From Eutreptiella sp. 'Long Island Sound 2002' (lineage: Eukaryota; Protista; Euglenida): 64,000 nt of DNA. Positions 21,923 to 35,000 of this stretch are shown in pieces (positions within the stretch are counted from its first letter, which is position 1; each line of letters begins with the position of its first letter). The stretch is from NCBI GenBank assembly GCA_964036045.1, contig OZ038378.1, forward strand, positions 72,540,001 through 72,604,000. The letters run 5' to 3'. A model generated the notes under the pieces. It saw nothing but the letters and a program-made list of their open reading frames with translations, was not told the DNA's origin and ran no database searches. Made by a program: the position numbers and the translations under genes.

Positions 21923-24900
21923 GTTCTCCACTAAGCCTTGCACACGCCCGCTTTGAGAAAAGGACATGTGGGACCTGTGCAGCCAGGGATTGCTCTGCAA
22001 GGGGCAGGCCCATCGAAGGATGCCGGGAGTACCTTCGTACCAGCATGCACAGTAAATAGTGGCGTCGCTGCCCCTCCTGCAGTGCTGTTTGCAGACAACA
22101 GGCCGAAAGGCAGATATGCAGTAAGTTCTTGCTCTGACTGTGTGTTTGCCAGTGTGCTTTTTTCCTTCCTCCTTCCCACTCCTTTTTGAAGTTATGTACT
22201 TTTTCAGTGGTTGCGATCCAGAAGCTGTTGGTAAGTGGGTGTGTTAAACAGGTTAAGTCCACCAAAGGATCCACCTGCACCTTCGCTTAGCTCACCATAA
22301 TTCCTGGGACATCTCCAAGGTTCCAGCGCAAAGCAGATGATTGCCGCTCAAAGGATGCGGAAAATGCAGCAGGTGCAATTGGGCCAACGAGGAGATGTAT
22401 GAGGGAAGTAAAATGCCTAGGACAACGGGCATTCCAAAATCCGTGAAATGCGCCCCATCCAGTTTAGAGAAAGGTTGAGAACAGATCACACATCCTCACG
22501 AACCCAAGTCCCGCATCCGATCTGCCTCACACCCCATCTTTCGTTCTATGGCCTGTCACCACCAGCGTTCAACTTTGACTGGTTGCGCAGCAGCAAAACT
22601 TGTGTTTTATGCCCTGAAACTCTCACACTGGTAACATTACTGAGCAAGCTGGGGGAGGGGAAGCTGGGCACCGGACGGCGCTCAAAAGATGATGGCCTTT
22701 AGGGGATCATGTGCTGACGTAGCCACACGAGGCAGCGGGTTCATCGGTGCATTCACTGGAAGCATGACTGCATCGATCCATCCTCGAAGTGCGGGCTCAT
22801 GTTTTCCTGGTCCGGGGATATTGCACAGCTGAATGGTGGTGTTCTCTTATACTTCTTCGACGGCTGCATAACTGTAGAATTGGTAACGCAGCGGTGCATC
22901 GTGTTTGTTGTAATTTGTGTATTTTTTTTGCGGTAAATGCGTGTAACAAAAAAATCGTCACGTCATGTAATTTTTTTTGCGGTAAGTCGTGTAAACCGGT
23001 TACACACATTACCGCAAAAAAAAAAATACACGGCTTGACGATTTCGGGTACATGGCACCCACAAATTCGGAACAAGCGACCTCAAAATAGGGGGGTGGTA
23101 TGCTTTGATTTCAGGATGGGTCCACAACGTCGAACTTCCATGGTGCAACGCCTAAAAAGTAGGGGTACTTTCAGGTATCCTCAGGAGGATATCACCAGTA
23201 AGTTCACAAGTGGAAAGCCTAAGTACCCCTACTTTGTAGGCGTTGCACCATGGAAGTTCGACATTGTGGACCCATCCTGAAATCAAAGTATACCACCCCT
23301 ATATTTCGAGGTCGCTTGTTCCGAATTTGTGGGTGCCACGTCACAGTTTGGGCATATCTTAAAGAGCTTTGCAGATTCCTACTGAGTGCATTTTTCGACG
23401 TAAAATGGTCATTGTCTCAAAAATACCGCAAAATTGTGTGAAACCACCACAATATTTGGATTCAGCAACCTCAAAATAGGGTATGGGGTTACCCGACTTC
23501 AGGACTCTTTTCTGGGCCTGATTTTGTTTCTAGTGCCAATGACACCATGTGATACTATGGTATATTGGCCGAGTCCCAAGGAAATTGGTGGCCACACAGA
23601 GTACTAGGTGCTTTGTGGACTCGGCGTCCCATCGTTATGGTCGCTATGGGGTGCCGTACGGAACCGGTAATTGTACACAGTGCGCATGTATTGCCAAAGT
23701 TGCATTTTTTTTTAATTTTTCAATTTTTTTCATAATTTACACGACTTACCGCAAAAAAAAATAATTACACACATTTACCGCAAAAAAAAATTATGCGATT
23801 TTTTTTAATTTACACGACCTACCGCGGAAAAAAATTACACGCATTTTTGCGGGGAAAAAAATTACACGATTTGACAATTTTTCTGTACACGAGTTACAGT
23901 TTTCACCGGTGTATCGCATGCCGGTTACCGGCGGGTGCGCAGGTTCGAATCCTGCCCCGGGCTACTTTTTTCCTGGTCTGGAGATGTTGCACAGCTGAAC
24001 AGTTGTGTTCTCCTATGTTTCTTCGACAGAACCAACAGGGTGACGGTCGTATAGTTGGTTGGACGGTGGTTTGTTGGCACCGCCCAGAATGGGGTGTGCA
24101 TTGTGGATGGTTCTCTGCCGGTGTGCAAACATAGTGCCACCCTACTGCGGAAGCATTAATCGGGTCCACTGACAGAAACAGCAGACAGCAACGACAAGCA
24201 AGCAAGGAAGAATTGGGAAAGGTTGCGAAGACATACCCCTAGACCCCCTGAGCATCGGCCCTTGTGCAGATGTTTGGAACGGGTTTGAATCCCACACCAG
24301 TGAATCCTCCAGGTTGATGTGCACTGTTTCAGGCCTTCAGGCCCTCTGACTCAGCGAATCACTGCCCCGCAATGCTGATGCCACTCAGGCCAAGCACGAA
24401 TTGGACCAGGTCATCGTGCTGTGGACCGCAAACACGGAGCGGTTCACGGACATCCGGCCGGGCCTCAACATGACGGCGGACGAGGTCCTGCACTCTATCG
24501 ACATTGACGACGAGGAGATCTCCCCGAGCCAGATCTTTGCGGTGGCGTCGATTCTGGAGGGCACCCCGTACATCAACGGGTCCCCGCAGAACACCTTCGT
24601 ACCGGGGATTGAGGACTTGGCGGAGAGGCACCGCGTGTACATCGGGGGCGATGATTTCAAGTCGGGACAGACCAAACTGAAGTCGGTCCTCGTGGATTTC
24701 CTGATCAGCGCCGGAATCAAAGTGGAGTCCATCGCGAGTTACAACCACTTGGGAAACAACGATGGCAAGAACCTCCAGGTTCCAGCACCCGGCAAGAACG
24801 GGGGGGGGGGGGTTGCGAAAATAGCCCAAACGGCCGATGCGGGTAATCCTGTGGGACAAACATAGAACCAGACAGCACTGATCCTTGATTCCCAGAGCTA

Positions 24901-26429
24901 TCTTGAGTACCATCTGGTGAACAGGCTTCACCGACTTAACTAATTCTCGACCAAAAAGAAAAAGAACAATCCTAAATGCATGTGTGTCGAGGCAGTGGAC
25001 CTAAGTAACACATATTCATGCGCTTTAGGTCCATGCCTACACATGCAGATTTACACTGCCCGGTCAATACGCATTGCACACACAGACACACCCTCGTCAC
25101 CTCGCAATTAAATTGGACACCCGCAAAACAATAAAACAGAATGTGCACATCACAACGTAAATCACACCGGCACGGGACAAGGTGCAGTAAGTGACTCCAG
25201 TGGCAAGAGCCAGGAGGTGTTAGTGGTGAGGGGCAAAGGCAGGATGAGGCATGGTGGGTAAGAGGCAGTGTTTGCAGGGTGCAAGGCGCAGGTAGCGAGG
25301 CAAACGACATGTCACACCCGTTTACCATTCGCAGGCTCCCATGACATTCCGCTCAAAGGAGATCTCCAAGAGCAACGTAGTGGACGACATGGTGTCGGCC
25401 AACAAGATCCTCTACGAAGAGGGCGAGCATCCGGACCACGTGGTGGTCATCAAGTACATCCCGCACGTGGGCGACAGCAAGCGCGCCATGGACGAGTACA
25501 CCAGCAGCATCTTCCTTGGAGGTCTGAGTGGTCCAGATGCAAGAGGATCCGCGCGCAGACGGAAATTGTGACACCGAGCGATGGGAGGGAATGTGGAATG
25601 GGGTGGCAAGGGGCTCGCGGAGAGCAGGCGAGGGCGTAGAGAGAAAGCCATTGGGAGGCATGTATGGGGTCGGGCTCAGCCTCACGGCGAAGCCCGAGGC
25701 ACGGCCCATATGCACAGTCCCTCTGGCAGGCGTGCATGCAAGCAAACTGTGGCCGACCGCGTGTCCCACAAGCATACCAATGACCACCGCGTTGGGGGTT
25801 GGGTTTCTACATTCCCATTCGCCGCGGTTGTCCCATTCGCGGCACATTGTCACCGTGCCTGACGTGTACAGCACAATCTGGGGGCAGCTGGCACCCATCA
25901 AGTGCACTGTTTCGTGCAAATCTACGGTGACGGTTGGATGATTGGTGCAGTGAGTGTGCCTACCAGCCCTGAAAAATGGATGCCCCTGCTTCATCTGTCT
26001 GCTTGTTCCTGCAAGTGCTGTGGACACATGGATCCATTCCATGCTGCCGACAGGTGCTCATGCGAGTGCGCATGCACCTGCACCCTGGTCCCCTTCGCTT
26101 CCCCGCACTGTGCAGGCACCAACACGCTGGTCATCCACAACACGTGTGAGGACTCGCTCTTGGCGGCCCCCCTGATGATCGACCTGGTGCTGTTGACCGA
26201 GCTCATGACCCGCATCACGTACCAAGTGGAGGGGTCCACAGAGTGGCAGTCGTTCCGGTCGGTGCTGTCGATCCTGTCGTACATGCTGAAGGCGCCCATG
26301 GTCCCTCGGGGCACGCCGGTGATCAACGCCCTCATGAAGCAGCAGCGCGCTATCACCAATCTGCTGTGCGCGTTGGTGGGCCTGCCGGTGGATGGGGATA
26401 TGATGCTGGAGCACAGATTGCGCCTGTAG
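21209..26429 (+). CDS. INO1: myo-inositol-1-phosphate synthase, join(21209-21922,24389-24778,25335-25521,26116-26429), 534 aa
   Basis: Conserved motifs [52 protein letters not shown] and [12 protein letters not shown]. Three GT-AG introns give a continuous 1605-nt frame. Confidence 0.96.
22921..23870. mobile_element. Foldback-like element with inverted arrays of a TTACACG..TTACCGCAAAAAAA motif, in INO1 intron 1
   Basis: TTTTTTTTGCGGTAAATGCGTGTAA and TTTTTTTTGCGGTAAGTCGTGTAAA (22921-23005) are reverse complements of repeats at 23737-23790. Confidence 0.65.
23050..23341. mobile_element. MITE-like hairpin, about 120-bp arms and 50-nt loop
   Basis: ACATGGCACCCACAAATTCGGAACAAGCGACCTC...AAGTAGGGGTACTT (23050-23170) is the near-perfect reverse complement of 23221-23341. 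Confidence 0.9.
23905..24030 (+). repeat. tRNA-derived (SINE-like) fragment
   Basis: Perfect T-arm GCAGG-TTCGAAT-CCTGC at 23939-23955 and a hairpin GCCGG-TTA-CCGGC. The body TTTTCCTGGT..GAGATGTTGCACAGCTGAA is repeated at about 22800-22870. Confidence 0.5.
24389..24778 (+). CDS. INO1: INO1 exon 2
   Basis: CTCAG|GCCAAGCAC ... AACCTCCAG|GT; [18 protein letters not shown]...NDGKNLQ. Confidence 0.95.
25335..25521 (+). CDS. INO1: INO1 exon 3
   Basis: GCAG|GCTCCCATG ... CTTGGAG|GT; [12 protein letters not shown]...YTSSIFLG. Confidence 0.95.
26116..26429 (+). CDS. INO1: INO1 exon 4
   Basis: TGCAG|GCACCAAC; [24 protein letters not shown]...MLEHRLRL*. Confidence 0.95.
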
Positions 26430-28299
26430 ACGCCTCAACAGGCGGTTCTTGGACCACCCGTCAGGCTTGTATGGCCATTGGATGGGCGCGGCTGCTTAAC
26501 CACTGTCCCGTGCTGGTGACTCACTGTCCCGTACCCGCCAATCGCGGTTGGTTCGCCCACGGAGTGCCTCCGCCCCAGGGCAGGCGTAGGAAAGCAGGGG
26601 CAGGCGGGCACGGCGTCGGTTTGTGATTGCTCAGTATTTTATGGGCCGCTGTGCATTGTGCACTGCGCTCTGCGGCCGTGAGGCCGCCGAGCTGGGCTGA
26701 GGGAGTGGTACTGTGATCTATGCAAGCCCCCACCTCTCAGAGAGTCATTAGATATCACACACACACATACACATACACATACATGCATACAGCACAGCAT
26801 TATCTCTTGCAGACTGCAGTAACCTTGTGTTCAAGGTGTGATGCGCCCTGCAGAGGCTGGACCAATTCCTTCTGCAAAGGGCGGCACCGCCAACGCACCA
26901 CAGCTTGCCTTGGCACATACCGCAAGCGCACGCGCGCATACACACACGCACACACACACACACAGGCAGGCAGGGCGTGCCAGGGGATTTACCTCTCTCT
27001 GTTCCGTTTTGAATGAGAACCATGGTACAGCATTTTTTCAGGGACGATTCTCTTCAGAGCTCTGGCCTCCGTTAATCTTTTTGGTCGAGCTCGCACCCCT
27101 GCGTAGTGCTTAGCAACAATGGACGCCAATCTGTGGACCCAGCCAGCTTGCGTGATCCGTCGAAGTTATTTGTCGCATGCACCGCAGTGAGAGGAGATTG
27201 ATAAAACGATCAGGAAATTTGTGGCTTCAGTTTGAGAGGAACCTGACTTATTTGTGTGTGAAACCAGCCCCCACCCCTCCCAGTTGAAGTACGAAGCTGC
27301 TTGGGTGCAGCAGGCGCGAGGAGGGCACTCCAAAGGCAGTGAATGAATAGCGCCATGTTAGTGCGCGCACAGTCAGGAACGTGGTATGCTTTGTGTCCTT
27401 TGGTGCCTTGGCACTTTCCTCTGGGCTCATTACCCGAACCCTCTCGCCGTGGACGCCCGTCCCTTTGCAGCTTCGGGCTTGCTCCAGGGCGTGACGAGAG
27501 CAGATGCTTTGCCCGTTCTCCTCAACCTTTCGCCACAACTCAGCCTGCCCCACGCGTTGTGATTGTGGGCCGCAACAGAGTCACTGGGGGCGGCGAGCCG
27601 ATGCAATACCTAGTGTTTTGTATTTTGCAATACCTAGTGCATTGTATTTTGCGAAAATGAGGACCGCAGGGGTTAGATTGGGCAGCAGGGTCTGGGATTG
27701 ATGGACGAATTAAGTGGACAATTCAGCTCCACCCTTGAAATCGTCATCTCCGGCATGACACCTCCGTGGACAAATTGGTCCAGCTGTTGCAGCAGCCGGT
27801 AGGATCAGCCCGAGTTTGCGTGTGCAGCGCAGCAGGATCGTCTGTCTGTTGGAGCGACAAGAAGCTCTTGGAGAGCATTCTATTTCTTTTTTTTGCAGCA
27901 GCGATGTTGGTAGCAGGATGCGCAGCTTCTCACCGGATGTTGTTGTTGCCTCCTCGGGAATCTCCGTGCCAAGCCATCCAGATTGTTCACCCTTCTCTTC
28001 ACAATCCACGTGGCACGGGAGCTGCCCTGCACCCTCCTGCAAAACTCCCTCGTCCCAAAAACGTCCGGTATCCATGTCGAGGGGGTGCGGATGTGCCCTG
28101 GAGCCAGGGCTTCGGGAGCGTAAAGGGAGGGGATGTGGGGTGGAGGTGGGTCGCTGGTTGCACTCTCCTCTACCCTGCAGCCCATTGATGTCGCAAGGCT
28201 TTTGCTTTGGATCGATTGCGATCCCCGAGGATGGACGGGTGGGAACACAAGCAAGTGGTGAGCTCCATCTTTGTTCACAGGTGGTTCCAGAGGGCGGTA

Positions 28300-28960
28300 C
28301 TCGTGCCATCTAACAAGTGGTATGAGGAGGTGGACAAGCTATGCGCGGCCTTCGTCCGGCAACCCAAAGGGATGGTCCCCTGTCGGAGTGGGAACCTGCT
28401 GAGTACCCCCATTGCAGAGCAAGGATGCCTGCATCGTTGCCCGCCACATCTGTTGCGTGGCTCCTTCAGGCGTGGCCCAAATACACTGCGAACCCACCGA
28501 CATTCAAAAAATCATGCATGGAGTCTTGCGGATCCATTGCCTGCATGTTTGAGCTTGCAGTGTCACGGTCCAGGCTGCGACCCTCTTACCAACAGAGGCG
28601 TGATTGACGAGTGCGGAGGGGCTTTTTTCCTTTTGCCTGAGTTGTCTGCACCAAAAAATAAGACCCACTGCGTAAGTATCCAGCAGCATCGCCCTGGGGC
28701 ACGAAAAAAGAGAGTAGCCTGTAGAGAATAGGACATTGTGATAGGCTATAATCCAGCACAGTGCAGTTTTGTTCTTTAGCAGCCCAAAAAGAATTTCCCG
28801 GCAAATGGCGCCATGCATTGTGACGAAACAATGTCATGCGTGCAGTCTGCCCCCCCCCCCCCATCTGAACAAATGCGATGCATCATACACAGGAGCAAGG
28901 TAACCGAATGCCTTGTCACGGGTGGCGTGTGGTGTGGTGTGGTGTGGTTTCCAACATCAA
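28300..28960 (+). mobile_element. Highly decayed Harbinger/IS5-like transposase remnant
   Basis: CPPHL / VAWLLQAWPKY, read across a frameshift, resembles PREHLYYVLAWLKQAPSY of the 17415 element. Ends near a C-tract and a (GTGTG)n repeat. Confidence 0.3.
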
Positions 28961-29065
28961 TATTCCTTGTTTGCAAGAAATGTTCAAGCAGACAATGCCC
29001 TGATAGTGCCTTGGTTTGGGTGCAGAAGCAAATGGTGGAATGTGCAGGAGCTGCAGGTGGTACTT

Positions 29066-29095
29066 ATGGATGACAGACCCGAAGGTTTTCATTGG
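29066..29095 (+). CDS. Carrier exon 1 (provisional)
   Basis: ATG..MDDRPEGFHW|GTGAGT perfect donor, phase 0, joins VTLSAFVAAFNPLD. Could extend upstream to the AG at 29046-29047. Confidence 0.5.
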
Positions 29096-32000
29096 GTGAG
29101 TCTACAAGCTTAATCCTTGCTAACTCCAACAACTTAAACTCAATTTTACTTAAAACAAAATTCTGGAAACTAAAAATGAAAACTAAAATTCCACTCAGCC
29201 TAGCACTTGCTACAAAGGCAAAGATGACTCAATAGCCGGAAAGAACCAAGCCAATCTATTAGAAAGGATGGCATATCCAAGCCCTGCAGCCCTGCATTGA
29301 GGAAAGGCACTTAAGGGCAGGTGACAGGTCTGCACACGTGCTAATTCTACTCACTGCCGGCCTTCCTCAATGAGATGGACACAACCATCCATCGCAAAGG
29401 AAAGGCCAGTGAAGCCAGTTATGGGTTTCAAACAATTTTGACTTCGGTGGATTGAAACACAATAGTGAACTGCTCCTGCAAGTGCTATAGTATCTCGCCA
29501 AAAGACAAACAGTGTGCTGTTTCCAAATACCCCATGCAGCAATCACTGACACAGGCAAAATATTGTTTCACTCCATGTAATCAATCAGTGGCTGGCCAAC
29601 CAAGTATTCTAAAGTAGTAGGGATCCCGTCAGGGTCAAATAAGATGACCAAGTATGCACTGCGCCAACCTTTGCCCCAAATGAAGAAATTTAAGTAGATG
29701 CAGGCAATTCCATGGCCTGCAGCAGTACAATCGCCTCCTTCTGTGGGCCATGTCAGTCTGCACTACCTCATACATCCTCATATGAATCATCTCAGATTGG
29801 TCATCAGGGTCATCAAGTTCGGAAGCAGCGTCACTCTGTTGATGTCTCGTTCTCTATCATTGTCTCCCTCAAAGTAATGTGCAACACATTTGGTAAATAT
29901 ATTGGATGGATCAACAAGTAAACATGAGGAGGTAAATCAGGGGGGCCTTGATACGGCACAAATAAATATTCTGCAGTCATTCACAACTATATTGGAATTG
30001 ACACATATTCTTTTACATCTTTCAGCTCATGCAGCCGACACCACCAGGGTGGAAATGGTGCATTTTTTTATTTCTAGCCTTTTCCACATTTGTTGCTGGG
30101 TTTTCTTGACGAAGCGGAGGAATAATTTTGCGGTGCCCGGGACAGGGAGAATAAATCTGATTTCGCGATTGTAGCTGAGCATGGTATCACCATGCTGCTA
30201 CAGCACCCCAATGAAGCGGCACAGTGCCCTCCAACAGCAGTCACTGGATGTAGCAGGGACGACGTGAAAGGCTGAATCCGGGGTTTGTACTGGTGTCAAT
30301 GGGTTGCCTCCAATTGTTGCTGAACATTGGCCGTTTGCATGACCGCATCGGACTATGGAAGCAGTGAAGCTGATGCTTTGCTGGGGTAGCGGGTCAAAAC
30401 CTCTAAATCCGACGACCACTACGACCCACGTGAGCTCCCAGTGCCATTTTAAGCCCCTGCCCTCTGTGGTGGTGATCGCTGCATACGGACCCACTGTGCA
30501 CTTGGACACGGCTGGGCTTCCCCCTTCCCCCATCCCCTGCAAGCTCTCCAGCATTGGGTGGCCAGGTGAAGGAGGGTATTCACCTGGGTGGTTCCGCTGT
30601 GTCCTATCGGGTCTGGCGGTTGCTGCACTGCAGACAGTTTGGTGGACAGGAACCCCATCCATGTGAAGGAGGGTAGCAACCTCCCAAGTCACAAGGCGAC
30701 ACGCTACTAGCGCTGCTAGGATGGGACCTGGGGAGGGCAGGGGAGGGCAGGGGAGATGGAATATTGTGGGCAGTATGGGGGGCTAGCATGAGTAATGCCA
30801 AACCACTTGGTCCTGGTCCCTCTCGCGCGCTGTGTTTGGTGGGTGTAGTGGAGGGGGTCAGGGAGCAGGGTAATCTGTCCTTTGCTCCGCCTCTGCAGGA
30901 CCGTACTCCATGTTGGTCCCGCTGATGTGGACCCTTCCCAAACCAGGCTGAGTAACAAGGGGTGGGTAGTGTTCAAGGCAGGAGATCCCTGCCTCTTGGC
31001 TATCCCCATCCAGCTCCTCCTGCTGCCCTGCCGGTGGCTGTGCCCGCCACCCACTGGTAGTGCCATGGTAGCGCCAGCCTCCACCCCGGACCCCCAACCA
31101 TTGCTCGGAACGCACGGTTTTCCTGCCAGGCGGCTTGCCTTTGTCAGGGGGTGGGGTGGGTGCAAGGGGCTTGCCCTGCCCCAACTCCTGTGGAATCCCC
31201 TGCATGATAAGCCCACTGTGTTGTGGATCAGACAGTCCATCCCGCTCGGCTGTCTGCTCGCTACTGCGCCCTGGGCGGGGAGGGGGGTGGCACTGGCCAC
31301 AGCGCCATTGCCATTGGTGTTGCCACTGACGAAAACACCAAGCTGTCATGCACTGCCCAGCACAGAGCATAGAAGCAGGTATGTTCAAAATGTTCAACCG
31401 ACGAATGATGGTGCTCGCAAGGGCGCTCGCACTCGGAGGTTGTTGGCTGTGGTGGGTTCCCGTCCACAGGATTTGCCCCCCAACTGCTTTTCCAAAAGCC
31501 AGTAACCGCCTTGTATTCAGTCCTGCCGGCCCCCAGCAGCCTTCCTTTCATTTAACCACAAGGCTGGACAGGGGTTAATTGCGCTGCAGCTCCAAATGGA
31601 TCAATGAGCAGGGCGTGCTACTGTCCCAGTTCTGCCCGTCCTGTGTGTGCAGGTCACCCTGAGTGCGTTCGTGGCTGCCTTCAACCCCTTGGACTGCCTC
31701 CGGATCCGCTGGCAGGTGTCCAACCCGCAGACCTGCAATGCTTCGCTCCGGGCCTTCGCGCTGAAGATATGGACGGAGGAGGGCCTGTGGCATGGGTTTT
31801 GGCGGCCAGGTGTGCCTGTCAGGGAATGGACTATGCGATATCGTCAGCCTTCCCGACTCCTTCCCCCAACAGCACCACCTGTATGTGCTGAATGTGCTGA
31901 CGTTCACAGAAACTTGAGAACTAGTGGTGGTGCTATTCAATCTATCACTACCAACCTGCACTAACCCCCCCCCCCCGAATAGTAACTGCCCTTGTTAGTA

Positions 32001-35000
32001 ACGGGGGTGGCGAGGGGGCCACGGGGGCTGCTCCCGGTTAGGACCCAGCCCCAAGGGGGGGGGACCCCTCTACGGACCCAGAATCGTTGCACGGAACAAT
32101 GTGCTTGGGGGGCGCCTTAAGTGCAGTGCGCGCGCAGTGCAACTATTTGGGCGTCTGGCCGTACTAGAGACCCATACTTTGAGATACTAGGGGCCCCTAG
32201 GGGAATCATGGTGACCCCTAGCGGAGGTTTTGGCTTCTGATTTTGTCCCCCTTTGTTTGGGGATCCCCGAGAATGCAGGGCTGACGTAGCATTTCCGCCC
32301 TCTTTTGGGCCCCAACCTTCCGGTGCTATTGAGGAAACCGGGACAATCTCTGAATCCACGCTTTGTTGCGTGGCCCCTCGAGTTGGGGTTAGGGACTCAC
32401 AATCCACGCTTTGTTGCGTGGCCCCCGGGACATCGGCGGATGTTCTCATTTGGGATCGTGAAGGGCCGAAAAGGAGCAAGGGGCATTATATGGATTGTGA
32501 GATTGGCTCCATGGATGGTGCATACAAGGGGCGCCTCCATGTGGCATGGCCATTTATCGGTCGAAAGACGTTGACCGAGCCACAAAAGGAGTACAATGAT
32601 GTTTCTATAGGGCACATATTGAGCACTTGTTTGCACGCATGTGGCACTGCGGCATCGTATGGAACATATGGAGGGGATCCGGTACGGAGTTGCATGAGTA
32701 CGTGCGTGTACTCTTGCATTTGCAGCAATTTTTGATTCGAAGACAGGTACGGTACCCTCCATATGGTCCGTGGGAACACGTACCTGCACATGTATGGACT
32801 GCACCTGCACAAGAGGACAATGATGATGAGGATGTTGTGGGTGATGATGGGATGGGGATGTATGTGCCCTTTGTTGCACCAAGTCTGACCCTGAAAAGAT
32901 GTCCATGTGTGACAAGTGTGAAATGCAATATTGTATGGATTGCGTTGACACACACACATGTGACAATGTGACATTTCCTTGATTCTGCAACTGTGTCATG
33001 TTGTGCACACAAGTTGCGCATTCTCAATGTGTACTTAGTTGACAATGGAAAAGAAAGACAGTTGTGTGTTGTTGAGGGTGGCGACCAATGCGCTGTTTAT
33101 GGCTTCTCCATTTGTGCATGATGTGTGTTATGTGAAGGGAAGGTAGTTTGCAACTTTCTTGAGCTGGGGTAGTTTGGGTCACCTAATTCTAAGGGCGTTT
33201 CCAAGGGGTGTGCCCGGGGGCTCTTCGGGGGGAACATAGTCTAAAAGTAGCGCGCAGTGCGCACGCAGTGCAGGGATTCCCCCTTTGTCGGCGCCAGAGG
33301 GGCCGGAGATTTTGTTTTAGGCACCCGGCACATGGGGTGAACTTTTTGTTTTCACTGCATTTGTTTGTACTCAAAATGCTCAGATTTTTCAGTGGAATTC
33401 AAAAACACACAAAGCCACTTCCTGCTTTTGTTGGGGCCCCTCTGCATGGACAATACAAGTGAAACAATTCTGCTTCCCATTTCTGCCTTTGTGGCTCCCA
33501 CATGTTTTGCAAAAAGCCACTTCTTGATTTTGTTGGGCCCCTCTGAGTGGGGACACTACATGTTAAACAATTTTGCTTCCCCTTGAGTCGGGGTGATGGA
33601 CTCCCACACGGTTTGTGTGGCCCCTTGAGTTGGGGTGATGGACTCCCACACGGTTTGTGTGGCCCCTTGAGTCGGGGTGATGGACTTCCACACGGTTTGT
33701 GTGGCCCCCTGCTCTTCCCTCTGTTTGCGCATACCCAACCGTTCGGAGGTGCCCGACGAAAAGGTGCTGGGTTGAGGTCAACGAACCCCCCCCCCCCCCC
33801 TACAACCCCGAAAACGGTTGCACACCCCTCGGGGTCACACATTGGCTGGCGGTAGCCCCCGTGGAGGCGGCTGTCACATTTCCGTTTTGCAAGTTTACTT
33901 TGATGGTTGGATATTGAGCCTCTCCTGTGTGTTTGCTGGCGTGCATGGATTTGTAGCACAAAGGAACAAGTGGGTCATCGTGACCAAGAAGATGTGCTTG
34001 GCTTTGGCCAGGAAATGGGACAGCCGCTTGGACCAGTTGAAGCCCCATCAGTTGCAAAACTGGTGGCTGGCTTTCCGCCCAGTTGGCAGCCAAGCCTGCA
34101 GCTCTCGGGGATGCGAGGATACCGTCGCGCGGAGGTGGTTACTGTACAAGGGGGTGGGGGTACCACCCACAAAACAAAACTACACCCCCCCCCATCCCCC
34201 CCACACCCCCTCACCCTGAACGACTTCGACTGACGAAACCCAGTCAAACAAAAGGCATGACACTGTACACCGGTTGTAGTGCACAGTATCCTACCTGCCC
34301 CTCTGAAACCCCAGGGGGGGCGGAAGAGTGCAATCGTGAGCAGTGGCACAGGCATTCCACTCACACACACAAAGCTGCACCCCCCCCCCCCCTCCCACTG
34401 CACTTCCTCCTTAACCTTTCTGGCAACCCCCCCCCCCCCACTCACTTTCTCTCCCACAAACAACCTCAATCAGGTCATACAGAAGGCATGGTACTGGACA
34501 CTGGTTGTACTGCACAGCACCCAACCACTCGCTACAGAACACACCCCTGCATATGGGACAGTGTCAGTCCCCAGGATTGTGAAGCATGTTCCAGCACCCT
34601 CCCGGAGAAGGCACTGTTTTCACCGCCTTCCTCATGTGAGCACTCTGAGACGGGATGCCCCGACATCCACCTGCGAGTGCCCCACCCGTCGGTTCCTATT
34701 GTGAGCCCCTTTTGCTGCATGTCATTTTCCAAGTGACTGTACAGAGTGGCAATATGGAGTGATGATGTAGTGTGGGAGTTTGGAATGGCAGTTTAGAGTG
34801 GCAGTGTAGAGTGACGGTGTAGAGTGACGTTATGGGGTCGGTATAGCATAACAGTACAGAGTGGCAGTGTAGAGGTGTAGCCTGGCAATATACAGTGACG
34901 GTGTAGCGTTGCATGGCAGAGTCACAGTATACAGTGACAATATAGAGTGACACTATAGAGTGACGGTATGGGGTGACAGTGTAGAGTGGCAGTGCAGAGG

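Noticed and set aside
21047-22000. 317-aa minus-strand ORF
   Set aside because: Antisense shadow of INO1 exon 1, caused by codon bias.
23905-23962. Functional tRNA gene
   Set aside because: Only the T-arm and one hairpin are intact. The D-arm and acceptor stem are missing, so it is kept only as a tRNA-derived repeat.
26745-26965. (AC)n and other dinucleotide runs (also about 1855-1872, 43950-43972, 55443-55460)
   Set aside because: Ordinary microsatellites with no further structure.
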